From an uncultured Dorea sp. (GTDB lineage Bacteria > Bacillota > Clostridia > Lachnospirales > Lachnospiraceae): 64,000 bases of DNA. A program made the translations under genes and the position numbers. Of this stretch, positions 29,811 to 38,700 are shown piece by piece. Each line of letters opens with the position of its first letter. Position 1 is the stretch's first letter. The DNA is taken from contig CAJULU010000003.1 of the NCBI GenBank assembly GCA_910587575.1, positions 29,172 to 93,171 on the forward strand, written 5' to 3'. The notes under the pieces were generated by a model. That model did not search any database and was not told the DNA's origin. It worked only from the letters and a program-made list of their open reading frames with translations.

Positions 29811-29941
29811 GATGTCTCCTTATTTTTCTGTAGTTATAAAGTATATATGTTCATTTGTCTGTTTCTCACATTATATCACTATTGATTTGCTGTTTAAATA
29901 TTTATTTCTTTTATTTGTGTACCATTCCTTCACCCCCTTTT

Positions 29942-30002
29942 CATTCCCCCTATGCCCGAACTCCCATAGGGGGAATGGTAAGTTTGCGTTGAGACGCAAA
30001 CT
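29942..30002 (-). other. Tandem hairpins, candidate single-strand origin (sso)
   Basis: 13-bp stem (29942-29954 / 29965-29977) and 9-bp stem (29981-29989 / 29994-30002) just downstream of orf19, the position of the Tn916 sso. Confidence 0.45.
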
Positions 30003-30012
30003 ATTAGATTTG

Positions 30013-30234
30013 CTATGCTCCGATAATTCTATTGAAAAGCTGCAATAACACCTCTTTCACGCCAGCAGCATTGAATACCAGACCGACAGCAATCAAGGCA
30101 ATCACCAAGAACCCGATAAGTTTTGAAAACTCCCGCTTGAATCCAAGATACACCCCAATAACCACGATTGCCATAAGCACCAGCGATTGTGCATTGCTTA
30201 AAAACCAGTTGTATAAATTCTGTCCAAAATTCAT
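30013..30234 (-). CDS. Tn916 Orf19-like membrane protein
   Basis: MNFGQNLYNWFLSNAQSLV...FKREFSKLIGF. Confidence 0.9.
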   Translation of the reverse strand: MNFGQNLYNWFLSNAQSLVLMAIVVIGVYLGFKREFSKLIGFLVIALIAVGLVFNAAGVKEVLLQLFNRIIGA

Positions 30235-30365
30235 TCTTCATTTCTCCTTTCAAATTGCTCCATTTCCCTGTCAAATCGGCTGCCAGCCTGTACCAGACAT
30301 AACGCCGAGATTCCTACGCCTGCCCCGAATGATAATAGGAACAAGTCAAACAATAATTGTTTCAA
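30231..30365 (-). CDS. 44-aa DUF3789-like small membrane protein
   Basis: Manual translation MKQLLFDLFLLSFGAGVGISALCLVQAGSRFDREMEQFERRNEE; TTG start; overlaps both neighbours. Confidence 0.6.
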   Translation of the reverse strand: MKQLLFDLFLLSFGAGVGISALCLVQAGSRFDREMEQFERRNEE

Positions 30366-31567
30366 TCCGTATCCTCCTGTCTTTGAATCACTTCCTCTGT
30401 GGAAGTCGTCTGTTGTTTTATCAGTTTCTTATGACGTTCGCTTAGCTCCACATCATTTAAAATGTCTCTAAGAAAATGTGTGCCGTTGGCACGGTCAATC
30501 TTTTGCAGCATTTTCCATGTAGGGGCAACCTGCCTGTCTATCCAGTTTAGCGTCCGTGTGAGCGTATACGGCTCTGGCTGCGTCGTCAGTTTCAAACGTC
30601 TGCGGTCAGAACCGATAAAGTATGCCCATTTTTCGTTGGTTTTCCATTCGCTGCGCCGCTTGTCCACCTCCTTATCAGCGAAACGGATATATCGGTTGAT
30701 AATGGAAAATGCGGTACGCTCTGCGTCGTAATAAGTCAACAAGTCACATACTGCATGGTAGGCTCTTTCATTTTTGAGCCGGATTTCAAATCGGTTTCTG
30801 ATTTTCGTATCCTCTATGGGAATCCCATTCTTCACATACTGCTCATAATTCTTTTCATAAATGCAGAAGTAAACTTCTGATTTCAGAGAACCGATATACA
30901 GTGTATTTCCCATACTATATCCGTCCTGTTCATGGGTTCGCACCAATTCGCCGCTGCGGTAGCTCTTGAAACTGCGGAATACAGAAATACATTCTTCATG
31001 GTTACATTTTTCGGTCAGCTCTGGAATATCCAGTATACCGACCATATCGTTAATAGCAAGGTCAAGCCGCTTCATTACGCCGCCGTCGCCTAAAGCGTCC
31101 ATGAAGAAATCGTACCAGCTTCTATGCTGTGCTAACAGATAACTCTCCATCTGTCGGCAGCCTTTTCCTTTCAGTTCCAGCAGTGTACCTTTTTCTTCAT
31201 CAGCGGAAGTAAGTACGAACACGTCACCTAAGACATAATGCTCCGAGTAAGAATAAAAACCGAAATCTTCATGTATCATCATATTTGTTTTCAGTTGCAG
31301 AATGTCCTCTATCACATGCTTTACATCAGTTGTGGGAAAGCGTATGCGTACATAGTCAAACAGCATGGTAAGCGGTGATTCTGGATTATATTTTTCCAGT
31401 GCCATAAGTAATTGTTTCTGGATTTCCTCTGTCAGTGCCACCTTGCCGGATTCCAGACGGTTCAAATGTTCTCTGCTGATTCCTGCTTCAACCGCTAGCT
31501 TATTTTGAGAAATGCCATAGGCAATACGCTTTTCCTTGAAATCCTTTATCCAGTCCGTTTCATTCAG
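30362..31567 (-). CDS. MOBT relaxase (Tn916 Orf20/NicK) with N-terminal HTH; probable CTG start
   Basis: FDYVRIRFPT, RLDLAIND, TLYIGS and RNRFEIRLKN motifs; the frame extends 34 codons upstream to a CTG with AGGAGG RBS, encoding the XRE-type HTH. Confidence 0.9.
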   Translation of the reverse strand: MNETDWIKDFKEKRIAYGISQNKLAVEAGISREHLNRLESGKVALTEEIQKQLLMALEKYNPESPLTMLFDYVRIRFPTTDVKHVIEDILQLKTNMMIHEDFGFYSYSEHYVLGDVFVLTSADEEKGTLLELKGKGCRQMESYLLAQHRSWYDFFMDALGDGGVMKRLDLAINDMVGILDIPELTEKCNHEECISVFRSFKSYRSGELVRTHEQDGYSMGNTLYIGSLKSEVYFCIYEKNYEQYVKNGIPIEDTKIRNRFEIRLKNERAYHAVCDLLTYYDAERTAFSIINRYIRFADKEVDKRRSEWKTNEKWAYFIGSDRRRLKLTTQPEPYTLTRTLNWIDRQVAPTWKMLQKIDRANGTHFLRDILNDVELSERHKKLIKQQTTSTEEVIQRQEDTD

Positions 31568-31694
31568 TCTAACCCCTCCTAACTTAAAAAGGTGTGACAG
31601 GATACCAGTCTTTTGTCACACCTCTAAAATCCGTCGAAAATGCCTGTACCATAAGGGATTTTCAGATTTCCGAATCTGTTTTCAGTTGTATTTG

Positions 31695-31720
31695 TGCCCC
31701 CCTGTTAGATACCGGGGGCA
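31695..31720 (-). other. oriT nic-site hairpin
   Basis: Minus strand GCCCCCGGTATCTAACAGGGGGGC resembles the Tn916/ICEBs1 nic hairpin with CTAA; flanked by further inverted repeats (about 31591-31622 and 31725-31748). Confidence 0.85.
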
Positions 31721-31753
31721 TATGGCAGGTGCGGCATACCGCACCTGCACAGG

Positions 31754-33157
31754 CTAGTCCGTACCTGCGGCTTCCGCTTCGCACGCCGCCTGTCCGTCCT
31801 GCCTGTCCTGTGTAAGTTTCCCTATCTCCTTTAGGAAGTCATACCCTTTTGGTACAAGGGGAGTGTAAAACTCGGATATAACACTCGTACCCGTATCCAC
31901 ATAACCACGCCCCTTTATCTGTTTTAAGAAGAAGTCCTTGTTTACTTCTCCGAACATCATAGAGTAACCCAGTTCCGACATACGCCCAAGAGCCACACGG
32001 AAATTAAATTGGTCTCGTATTCCATCGCCCAGATATTTTGCGTCTGGTCTCTGACAGGCGAGAATGAGAAAATATCCTGCCTGCCGCCCAAGCATGACTA
32101 TTTGTTTCAGCTTATTTAGGACAGCCGCATTTTCTTTTGTCGTCAGCATTTCCATAAACGCCACATATTCATCAAAGATTAGGAAGTGGGGCGGTAATCC
32201 CAAGTAAGCATAGTTTTCACCCGTCTTATAATTTTCCATGTGTTTCATGGTTTCCGAGCGTTCCATCATGCCGTTATAGAAACGGTCAATACAAGCGGTA
32301 ATATCTTCCTTTTTGTAGTAGACTTCGGGCATGACAGCGGCAAGGTCGGCAAGGTCAGCGTTCTTCGGGTCTAATACATATAGCACTGAATTACAGCGCA
32401 ACATGGCTTCAATAATGGTAAGGATAAAATAGGTTTTTCCTCCACCTGTACCGCCAGCAATCAGCATGTGGGGGAGTTTGTCATACTCCCACCAGATATT
32501 TTTCATCAGCCGGAGTCTGCCCTTTTCTGCCTGTACATCATTGATGGTAATGCGGTTTGCAATCGTATCATAGAGCAGGGCATACTCCACGTAGGAATCA
32601 TGCAGCTCTTTGGATACCAATTCACAATATAAGCCTGTTTCCAGCTTTTTCTCCAAATGTAAGAGCTGGTCTTGATATTTTCCCAGCGTGATTTCCGTCT
32701 GGATATGGAGCAAGCCATTCTCCATGCGGTAATACATCTTTGGAAAATAGGTAATCCGTTTCTTTTTCCCATCTAACGGCAGGTCTTTGAAGATACCGCC
32801 ATCCTGTGAAGTTTCTTCTTCATACCAGCCATTTTCCAGAATCATACGTGCCAGCTTTTGGCGGTGAAGGAGTTGCTTAACCTTGTCATATCGGAATCGG
32901 TAATAGGACAGAGCAGCAGCTAAACAGATAAATGTTGATATAATGAACGTAACTATCCTGTATGGCGTAAGGTGAAACTGTATGTTGCCGCCACTAAAAA
33001 GCGTGACCGAGTTCCAGTCAGTTGTTATGATTGTCTTTAGGTTCAAGAGTATCATTGCCATAAAGAACAGCCGGAGCAACGAGCTAGCAGCAAAGCGGAA
33101 AATCAGAGATTTATCACCGGCTCTGATACGGTTCCTTTTCCTTTTAAATAATTGCAT
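31754..33157 (-). CDS. FtsK/SpoIIIE-type coupling protein (Tn916 Orf21/TcpA/ConQ)
   Basis: Walker A AGGTGGGKT, Walker B LIFDEY, GRQAG; N-terminal TM segments. Confidence 0.92.
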   Translation of the reverse strand: MQLFKRKRNRIRAGDKSLIFRFAASSLLRLFFMAMILLNLKTIITTDWNSVTLFSGGNIQFHLTPYRIVTFIISTFICLAAALSYYRFRYDKVKQLLHRQKLARMILENGWYEEETSQDGGIFKDLPLDGKKKRITYFPKMYYRMENGLLHIQTEITLGKYQDQLLHLEKKLETGLYCELVSKELHDSYVEYALLYDTIANRITINDVQAEKGRLRLMKNIWWEYDKLPHMLIAGGTGGGKTYFILTIIEAMLRCNSVLYVLDPKNADLADLAAVMPEVYYKKEDITACIDRFYNGMMERSETMKHMENYKTGENYAYLGLPPHFLIFDEYVAFMEMLTTKENAAVLNKLKQIVMLGRQAGYFLILACQRPDAKYLGDGIRDQFNFRVALGRMSELGYSMMFGEVNKDFFLKQIKGRGYVDTGTSVISEFYTPLVPKGYDFLKEIGKLTQDRQDGQAACEAEAAGTD

Positions 33158-33218
33158 AATCTTTTCCTTTCCATGAAAAAAGCAGCAAATCCTGTAAAAT
33201 CTGCTGCTTACTTATATG

Positions 33219-33995
33219 TTATTTATCTATCATTTTAGCTATTTTACAAAGCGTTCGATACCCTTCAATTCCTGCGATTTCTAATAGAGCATATTGCTTT
33301 AAAAGTGACTGTAGTGTTGATGAAATTTGTTCAGGCGTATATGGTGTTAAAGAATCCCCGTTAGTAATAGATATAAATCTCTTTCGTTTACTTTGATAAA
33401 TACTCCAAAATCTGCTCATATCAATATCAGGGTTATTTTGTTCAATCTGCTTAACTAAATTAGTAAAAATCTCAGATTGTTTTTCGGCACTTGCTGTAGA
33501 AACCTCTTGAAAAAAGGATTGTAATTGATTGCTAGATACAGAGCTACAATCAACCTCTTTCAATGTTTCAATTATAAATGAAATTTCCACATTGCATATA
33601 GCATTTTGCTTTTCATAGAAATAATTTCTTTGTAGATTGCGTAATAATTCCTGTTGTTCTTGCATAGAAGTAACATACTGGTAAAATTTATTTATACTAT
33701 CGTAACTTTTATTATCTATTTTACGAACAAATAAATGCTTATAATTATTCCAATAATTAACGTCAATTAAAGGAAGTGATTCATAGAACGCAGTTAAATT
33801 TAATCCTTGATTAGTTATGTAAGATTGGATTTCCTGTACACGCTTTTGAAGTTCATTTATTTGTAATACAATCATACAAGCTGCATCACGTAATTTCTCT
33901 TTTTCCTGCATTTTGTAAATCCATACAGCAGATAATCCCACCAAAATCAAACCAAGATTGACCCAATTCGCTTTTAAGAAATCAAATAATTCCAT
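33219..33995 (-). CDS. AT-rich hypothetical protein with N-terminal TM helix (cargo)
   Basis: 258-aa ORF with AAGGAG RBS and extended -10 TGATATAAT at 34026-34034. Confidence 0.7.
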   Translation of the reverse strand: MELFDFLKANWVNLGLILVGLSAVWIYKMQEKEKLRDAACMIVLQINELQKRVQEIQSYITNQGLNLTAFYESLPLIDVNYWNNYKHLFVRKIDNKSYDSINKFYQYVTSMQEQQELLRNLQRNYFYEKQNAICNVEISFIIETLKEVDCSSVSSNQLQSFFQEVSTASAEKQSEIFTNLVKQIEQNNPDIDMSRFWSIYQSKRKRFISITNGDSLTPYTPEQISSTLQSLLKQYALLEIAGIEGYRTLCKIAKMIDK

Positions 33996-34066
33996 ACATA
34001 TTGTCTCCTTAGAATATTTTTATCAATTATATCACTTTCAAATATTGGACACAATATATATAGGTA

Positions 34067-34116
34067 CGTTCTTTGATTTTTTCAGAAACCGTTCCATCCT
34101 CATTCTGCTTATATAC
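34067..34116 (-). repeat. 50-bp relic copy of the orf22-like gene
   Basis: 46/50 identical to 35095-35144 by manual alignment. Confidence 0.85.
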
Positions 34117-34191
34117 ATTTCACCGCTAAGAAAAGCAGCTAATCATCAAGACTAACTGCTTATACTTCTATTATCTGATTGAGGGAGCAAA

Positions 34192-34506
34192 TTATAAATG
34201 TTTATCCGTATCTCTAGCACCATACAGTAAACGCCGTACTTCCATTACATCACCAATCACCACATAATAAATAACGTAATTTCTCACATAGATTCTATAG
34301 TACGGATAGTTTCTCTTTTTTGCGGAAACATATGGTTCAAAGGCAACAGGATTATTCAGCCTTTCCAGAATCGCAGTCTCTACATCATCAATCAAACGCA
34401 GCGCAGCGTCCTCATTTTTTAAAACATTGGTAATGTAACTCGCTGTATTGATTAAATCCTGTTCAAAAATCGGCAGATAGCGAAGATGATAAACTTTATT
34501 TTCCAT
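34192..34506 (-). CDS. RelE/ParE family toxin
   Basis: DL...ASYI...YRIYVRNYVIYYVV...VEVRRLLYGARD-type motifs; overlaps the antitoxin. Confidence 0.85.
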   Translation of the reverse strand: MENKVYHLRYLPIFEQDLINTASYITNVLKNEDAALRLIDDVETAILERLNNPVAFEPYVSAKKRNYPYYRIYVRNYVIYYVVIGDVMEVRRLLYGARDTDKHL

Positions 34507-34756
34507 GTATCGTACTCCTTACATTGCTGAATACGGTTTCATGGGAAAGCCTTTCTTCCGTCATTGCCGCCTGCCTGTCGGCTTCGTCAAGTTTCATCTC
34601 TATATCATCTGTCAGATTTGCGTACTCCTCCAAACTCAAAACTACCATAGCTCCATAGCCATTCTTTGTAAGATAAACAGGTTTTCCGCTGTTTACGATA
34701 GTTTCAATTTCTGGAAATTTATTTCTAAGGTCAGAAACAGGTCGAATTTGTATCAT
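34496..34756 (-). CDS. Phd/YefM family antitoxin
   Basis: IRPVSDLRN and PVYLTKNGYGAMVVLSLEEY motifs. Confidence 0.88.
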   Translation of the reverse strand: MIQIRPVSDLRNKFPEIETIVNSGKPVYLTKNGYGAMVVLSLEEYANLTDDIEMKLDEADRQAAMTEERLSHETVFSNVRSTIHGK

Positions 34757-34780
34757 AGTCTAAGCACTCCTTTTTTGTTT

Positions 34781-34820
34781 ATTTTATCCTAATTTTATCA
34801 GAATATTATCGTATAGGCAA
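34781..34820 (-). promoter_or_regulatory. TA promoter with three GATAA(A/T)AT repeats (candidate autoregulatory operator)
   Basis: TTGCCT-N17-TAAAAT; repeats at 34781, 34792 and 34803 (11-bp period). Confidence 0.55.
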
Positions 34821-34823
34821 TGC

Positions 34824-35222
34824 TTATTTATGATTCTTAATTTCCTTTTTATCATGCGGATTATGATTCTGTAGATTTTCCGTTGAGTGTCCGTCTTTAT
34901 TCTTCAAGACAATATCCTCAGCTTTAATATACCAGTCCACGTCTGCCCCTTGAAACGTAGCTGTCGCCACTGTATCCGCTACAGGATTGATAATCTCAAC
35001 CTCCGCATTATAATCAAACGCCTTTAGTGGCACGGCAGCCGGAATACTCACCTGTATCATGCGTCCTTGTCCTCTGGATTTCAAATCGTAAGTGCGTTCT
35101 TTGATTTCTTCAGAAACCGTTCCGTCCTCATTCTGTTTATGTACCTCACGCCGCAATGCAGAAAACTTCAACAGTCCAAAGGTCTTTTCCTTGTCTATAA
35201 TGATTCCATTCGCTAATCTCAT
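34824..35222 (-). CDS. Tn916 Orf22-like DUF961/YdcP (HelP-like) protein
   Basis: MRLANGIIIDKEKTFGLLKFSALRRE and RTYDLKS motifs. Confidence 0.9.
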   Translation of the reverse strand: MRLANGIIIDKEKTFGLLKFSALRREVHKQNEDGTVSEEIKERTYDLKSRGQGRMIQVSIPAAVPLKAFDYNAEVEIINPVADTVATATFQGADVDWYIKAEDIVLKNKDGHSTENLQNHNPHDKKEIKNHK

Positions 35223-35238
35223 AATCTCTGATACCTCC

Positions 35239-35553
35239 TTACGCCTTCACCATATCGTCAGCGGACAAAATATAGTTTGTGAACCCACGGTTGCCGATTT
35301 TATAACCCTCTGCGGTAATCTTCGGATTAATAAGCCGTATTTTTTCTTCAACCTCGAAATTCTTCTCTCCAGCAGTAGCAGGCAGCACCACAATAATGTC
35401 GTCGGCTCTCTGTACGTCTGAATACAAGTTATAGCTACGGGAAATTACAGCCATACGCCCGTTGATTCTCCGCTGTTCTACCTTATTCTCACCTGCAAAT
35501 TCCAGATTCCCGAAAGTCTTTTCCATGTTCGGGATAACATGCTTTAATTCCAT
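35239..35553 (-). CDS. Tn916 Orf23-like DUF961/YdcP protein
   Basis: MELKHVIPNMEKTFGNLEFAG and YNLYSDVQRADDI motifs. Confidence 0.9.
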   Translation of the reverse strand: MELKHVIPNMEKTFGNLEFAGENKVEQRRINGRMAVISRSYNLYSDVQRADDIIVVLPATAGEKNFEVEEKIRLINPKITAEGYKIGNRGFTNYILSADDMVKA

Positions 35554-35748
35554 ATATGTTTACCTCTTTCTTTCTGATTTTCTATATCTCCATATGGGGA
35601 GCTACACTCCCCAAACCCCTAGTGTACTGTTTTTTCCAGCCAATCAAAAAGACGATTGACTGAAAAAAACAGTTTGCATATCTTATATAGGCATACATAT
35701 TCAAGGCGGAGCATGGGAATTGGATTTCATATGCTGATTCCTCCCGTA

Positions 35749-38700
35749 TTAATTATGTTTTGCTTTCATGCTGCGGTATTTTCTGTATGCCGTAAATACA
35801 AGTCCGGCAGCGGAAAAGATAAGTAGGATAAACAGGAGAGCAAGATTTGTCGTGTCGCCTGTTTTTGGTTGATTGCCATTACCTGTCGGGGTACTGGATT
35901 CTGGTGTGGTTGGTTCGGTGGGATTTTCTGTGATTGTCACCGTCTGCCCTTTATCCTCAATGTCCTTATTTTCCGCTACCTTGATAGGCTTGTCGGGATT
36001 TGTTACGTCGTACAATTCCTCAAAGGTCACAAGCTCTTTTCCTGCAAGTTCACTGGCATTGAAGGTAAAGGCAATCTGAATCTCCATTACGCTGTCAGTA
36101 GCGGTAAACGTGAGGTCTTTTTCCACACGTTTTTCATTGATGATAAGCTCTGCATTTTCAGACCTTACCATCTCCCAGCCTTTCAACTGATATTTCACGC
36201 CTTTTTCTATACCATCTAAGGAAACCGTATCAATAATCGTTACTTCCTTGTCAGCGTCGATTGCCTTTTCTCCTGTAGCTTTATCGGCAGCGTTGGTGTG
36301 CATAGTGATAATACGCTCTGTAATCGCCACGGTCTGTCGGTCATTCTCAATGTCCTTATGTTCTGCCACCTTAACAGGCTTGTCGGGATTCGTTACGTCG
36401 TATAATTCCTCAAAGGTCACCAGCTCTTTTTCTGCAAGTTCACTGGCATTAAATGTAAAGGAAAGCTGCATTTCCATTTCTGAATCCTCTGCAATGAATG
36501 TAAGTTCATTTTCCACAGGCTTTCCATTAATCAGAAGTTCCGTATTTTCCGATTTCACCATTTCCCAGCCTTTAAGCTGATATTTTGTATCTTTCTCCAA
36601 TCCGGCTAACGCTACCGTGTCAACAATGGTAATATCTTTGCTGGCAAGAATCATCTTATCGCCTGTCGCTTTATCACAAGCCTTTGTGTGAATATCTATC
36701 ACACGTTCCTCAATCGTCACGGTCTGTCCGTCGTCCTCAATGTCTTTGTGTTCTGCTACCTTAACAGGCTCGTCGGGATTCGTCACGTCGTACAATTCCT
36801 CAAAAGTCACCAGCTCTTTTCCTGCAAGCTGGCTGGCATTGAAGGTAAAGGTAATCTGTACTTCCATCTTAGAATCCTTTGCGGTAAATGTGAGGTCATT
36901 TTCTACACGCTTACCGTCAATTAAAAGTTCAGCATTTTCTGATTTCACCATTTCCCAGCCTTTTAACTGGTATTTTGTACCTTTTTCTAATCCAGCTAGA
37001 GATACCGTATCAACAATAGTTATGTCTTTGCTGGCAAGAATCATCTTGTCGCCTGTCGCTTTATCACAAGCCTTTGTGTGAATGTCTATCACACGTTCCT
37101 CAATCGTCACGGTCTGTCCGTCGTCCTCAATGTCTTTGTGTTCTGCTACCTTAACAGGCTCGTCGGGATTCGTCACGTCGTACAATTCCTCAAAAGTCAC
37201 CAGCTCTTTTCCTGCAAGCTGGCTGGCATTGAAGGTAAAGGTAATCTGTACTTCCATCTTAGAATCCTTTGCGGTAAATGTGAGGTCATTTTCTACACGC
37301 TTACCGTCAATTAAAAGTTCAGCATTTTCCGATTTCACCATTTCCCAGCCTTTAAGCTGGTATTTTGTATCTTTCTTCAAACCATCTAAAGCCACTGTAT
37401 CAATGATAGTCACGTTTTTACCTGCAATAATGGATTTCTCCCCTGTCACCTTATCAATGGCAGTAGTATGGATAGTCAGTTCCGGTTCGTATTCGTCCGT
37501 CAGAGTGCCTAAATTGATAACAACTTTATTTCTGGATACCACAATATCAAAAGCAGGAATCAGTGTCAGCCCCTTGTTGGAATCACAGCGAAGCTCCTTA
37601 ACCTCATATGTATCGTAAAGCAATGCCCCCTTACTGTCGTCCGGCTCTGACGTTCCAAACCAGATACCGTCCTCACTGGATTTTCCGGCATTAGTATTCT
37701 TCTTGTGGGATGTCCAGTCAGAACAAGTAGAGAACTGCCCGTTTTTATCCGTGACGATAATATGGCTTTCACCAGTAGTCTTGCTGGTTATTTTAAAAGG
37801 TACATTAGAAAGCCGCTTGTGCGTTCCAGAACCGATTTTCACGCCCTCAATATCTCCACGCTTTATCTGATTATAGATAGATTTTTCTTCGGATGTTAAA
37901 TCTATGATTTTTTCATTATCCACAATATCAAATTCACGGGATACCGCACCATTTATCAGATACCCCTCAGGCGGCGTTACTTCATCAATTCTGTAATGTC
38001 CGTAAGGAAGTGTATCGGCGGCTGTGGTAGCGATACCGTCAATTCCCGTATGAATTGTCTTTACGATTTCATTCTTCTTATATAATTTTCCGTTCACCAG
38101 CACAGGATTCTTACTAAGGTTAGTGATAGTAAATGCCGTATCGCTAAAGGTTGCGCTGCCTTGTGGTTTTGTATCCTTAGTTTCAAGGTCACGCTTCTGA
38201 ATTTTCACGCCGCCACGGATAATTTGATTGTAGATAGATTTTTCTTCGGATGTTAAATCTACGATTTTTTCATTATCCACAATATCAAATTCACGGGATA
38301 CCGCACCATTTGTTAGATACCCCTCTGGCGGCGTTGATTCATCAATCCTGTATCGCCCATAGGGCAGCGTATCAGCAGTAGTAGTAGCGATACCGTCAAT
38401 TCCAGTACGGATTGTCTTTACTACTTCGTTTTTCTGATACAGTTTCCCCTCAACCAGTACAGGATTCTCATTCAGTGAAGTAATGGTAAATGCTACATTT
38501 TTTAAATCTGCGTTGCCTTGTGGTTTAGTATCCTTAGTTTCAAGGTCACGTTTCTGGATTTTCACACCGCCCCTAGTAACCTTATCCGATACGAAATACT
38601 GGTTGCCGCCATTCAGTATTGCACGCTCTCCATTTTCTGTTACCTGTGCGACGTATACGCCTGTTACCTGTTCGGAAGTTCCATTTACGTGTAAGTAAGC

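Noticed and set aside
35590..35675. Hairpins between the adhesin gene and orf23
   Set aside because: They could be a terminator or a second sso, but nothing in the sequence distinguishes these options.
35930..38580. Long repeats as CRISPR or DGR template/variable repeats
   Set aside because: They are in-frame protein domain repeats; there are no spacers, cas genes or reverse transcriptase in the window.
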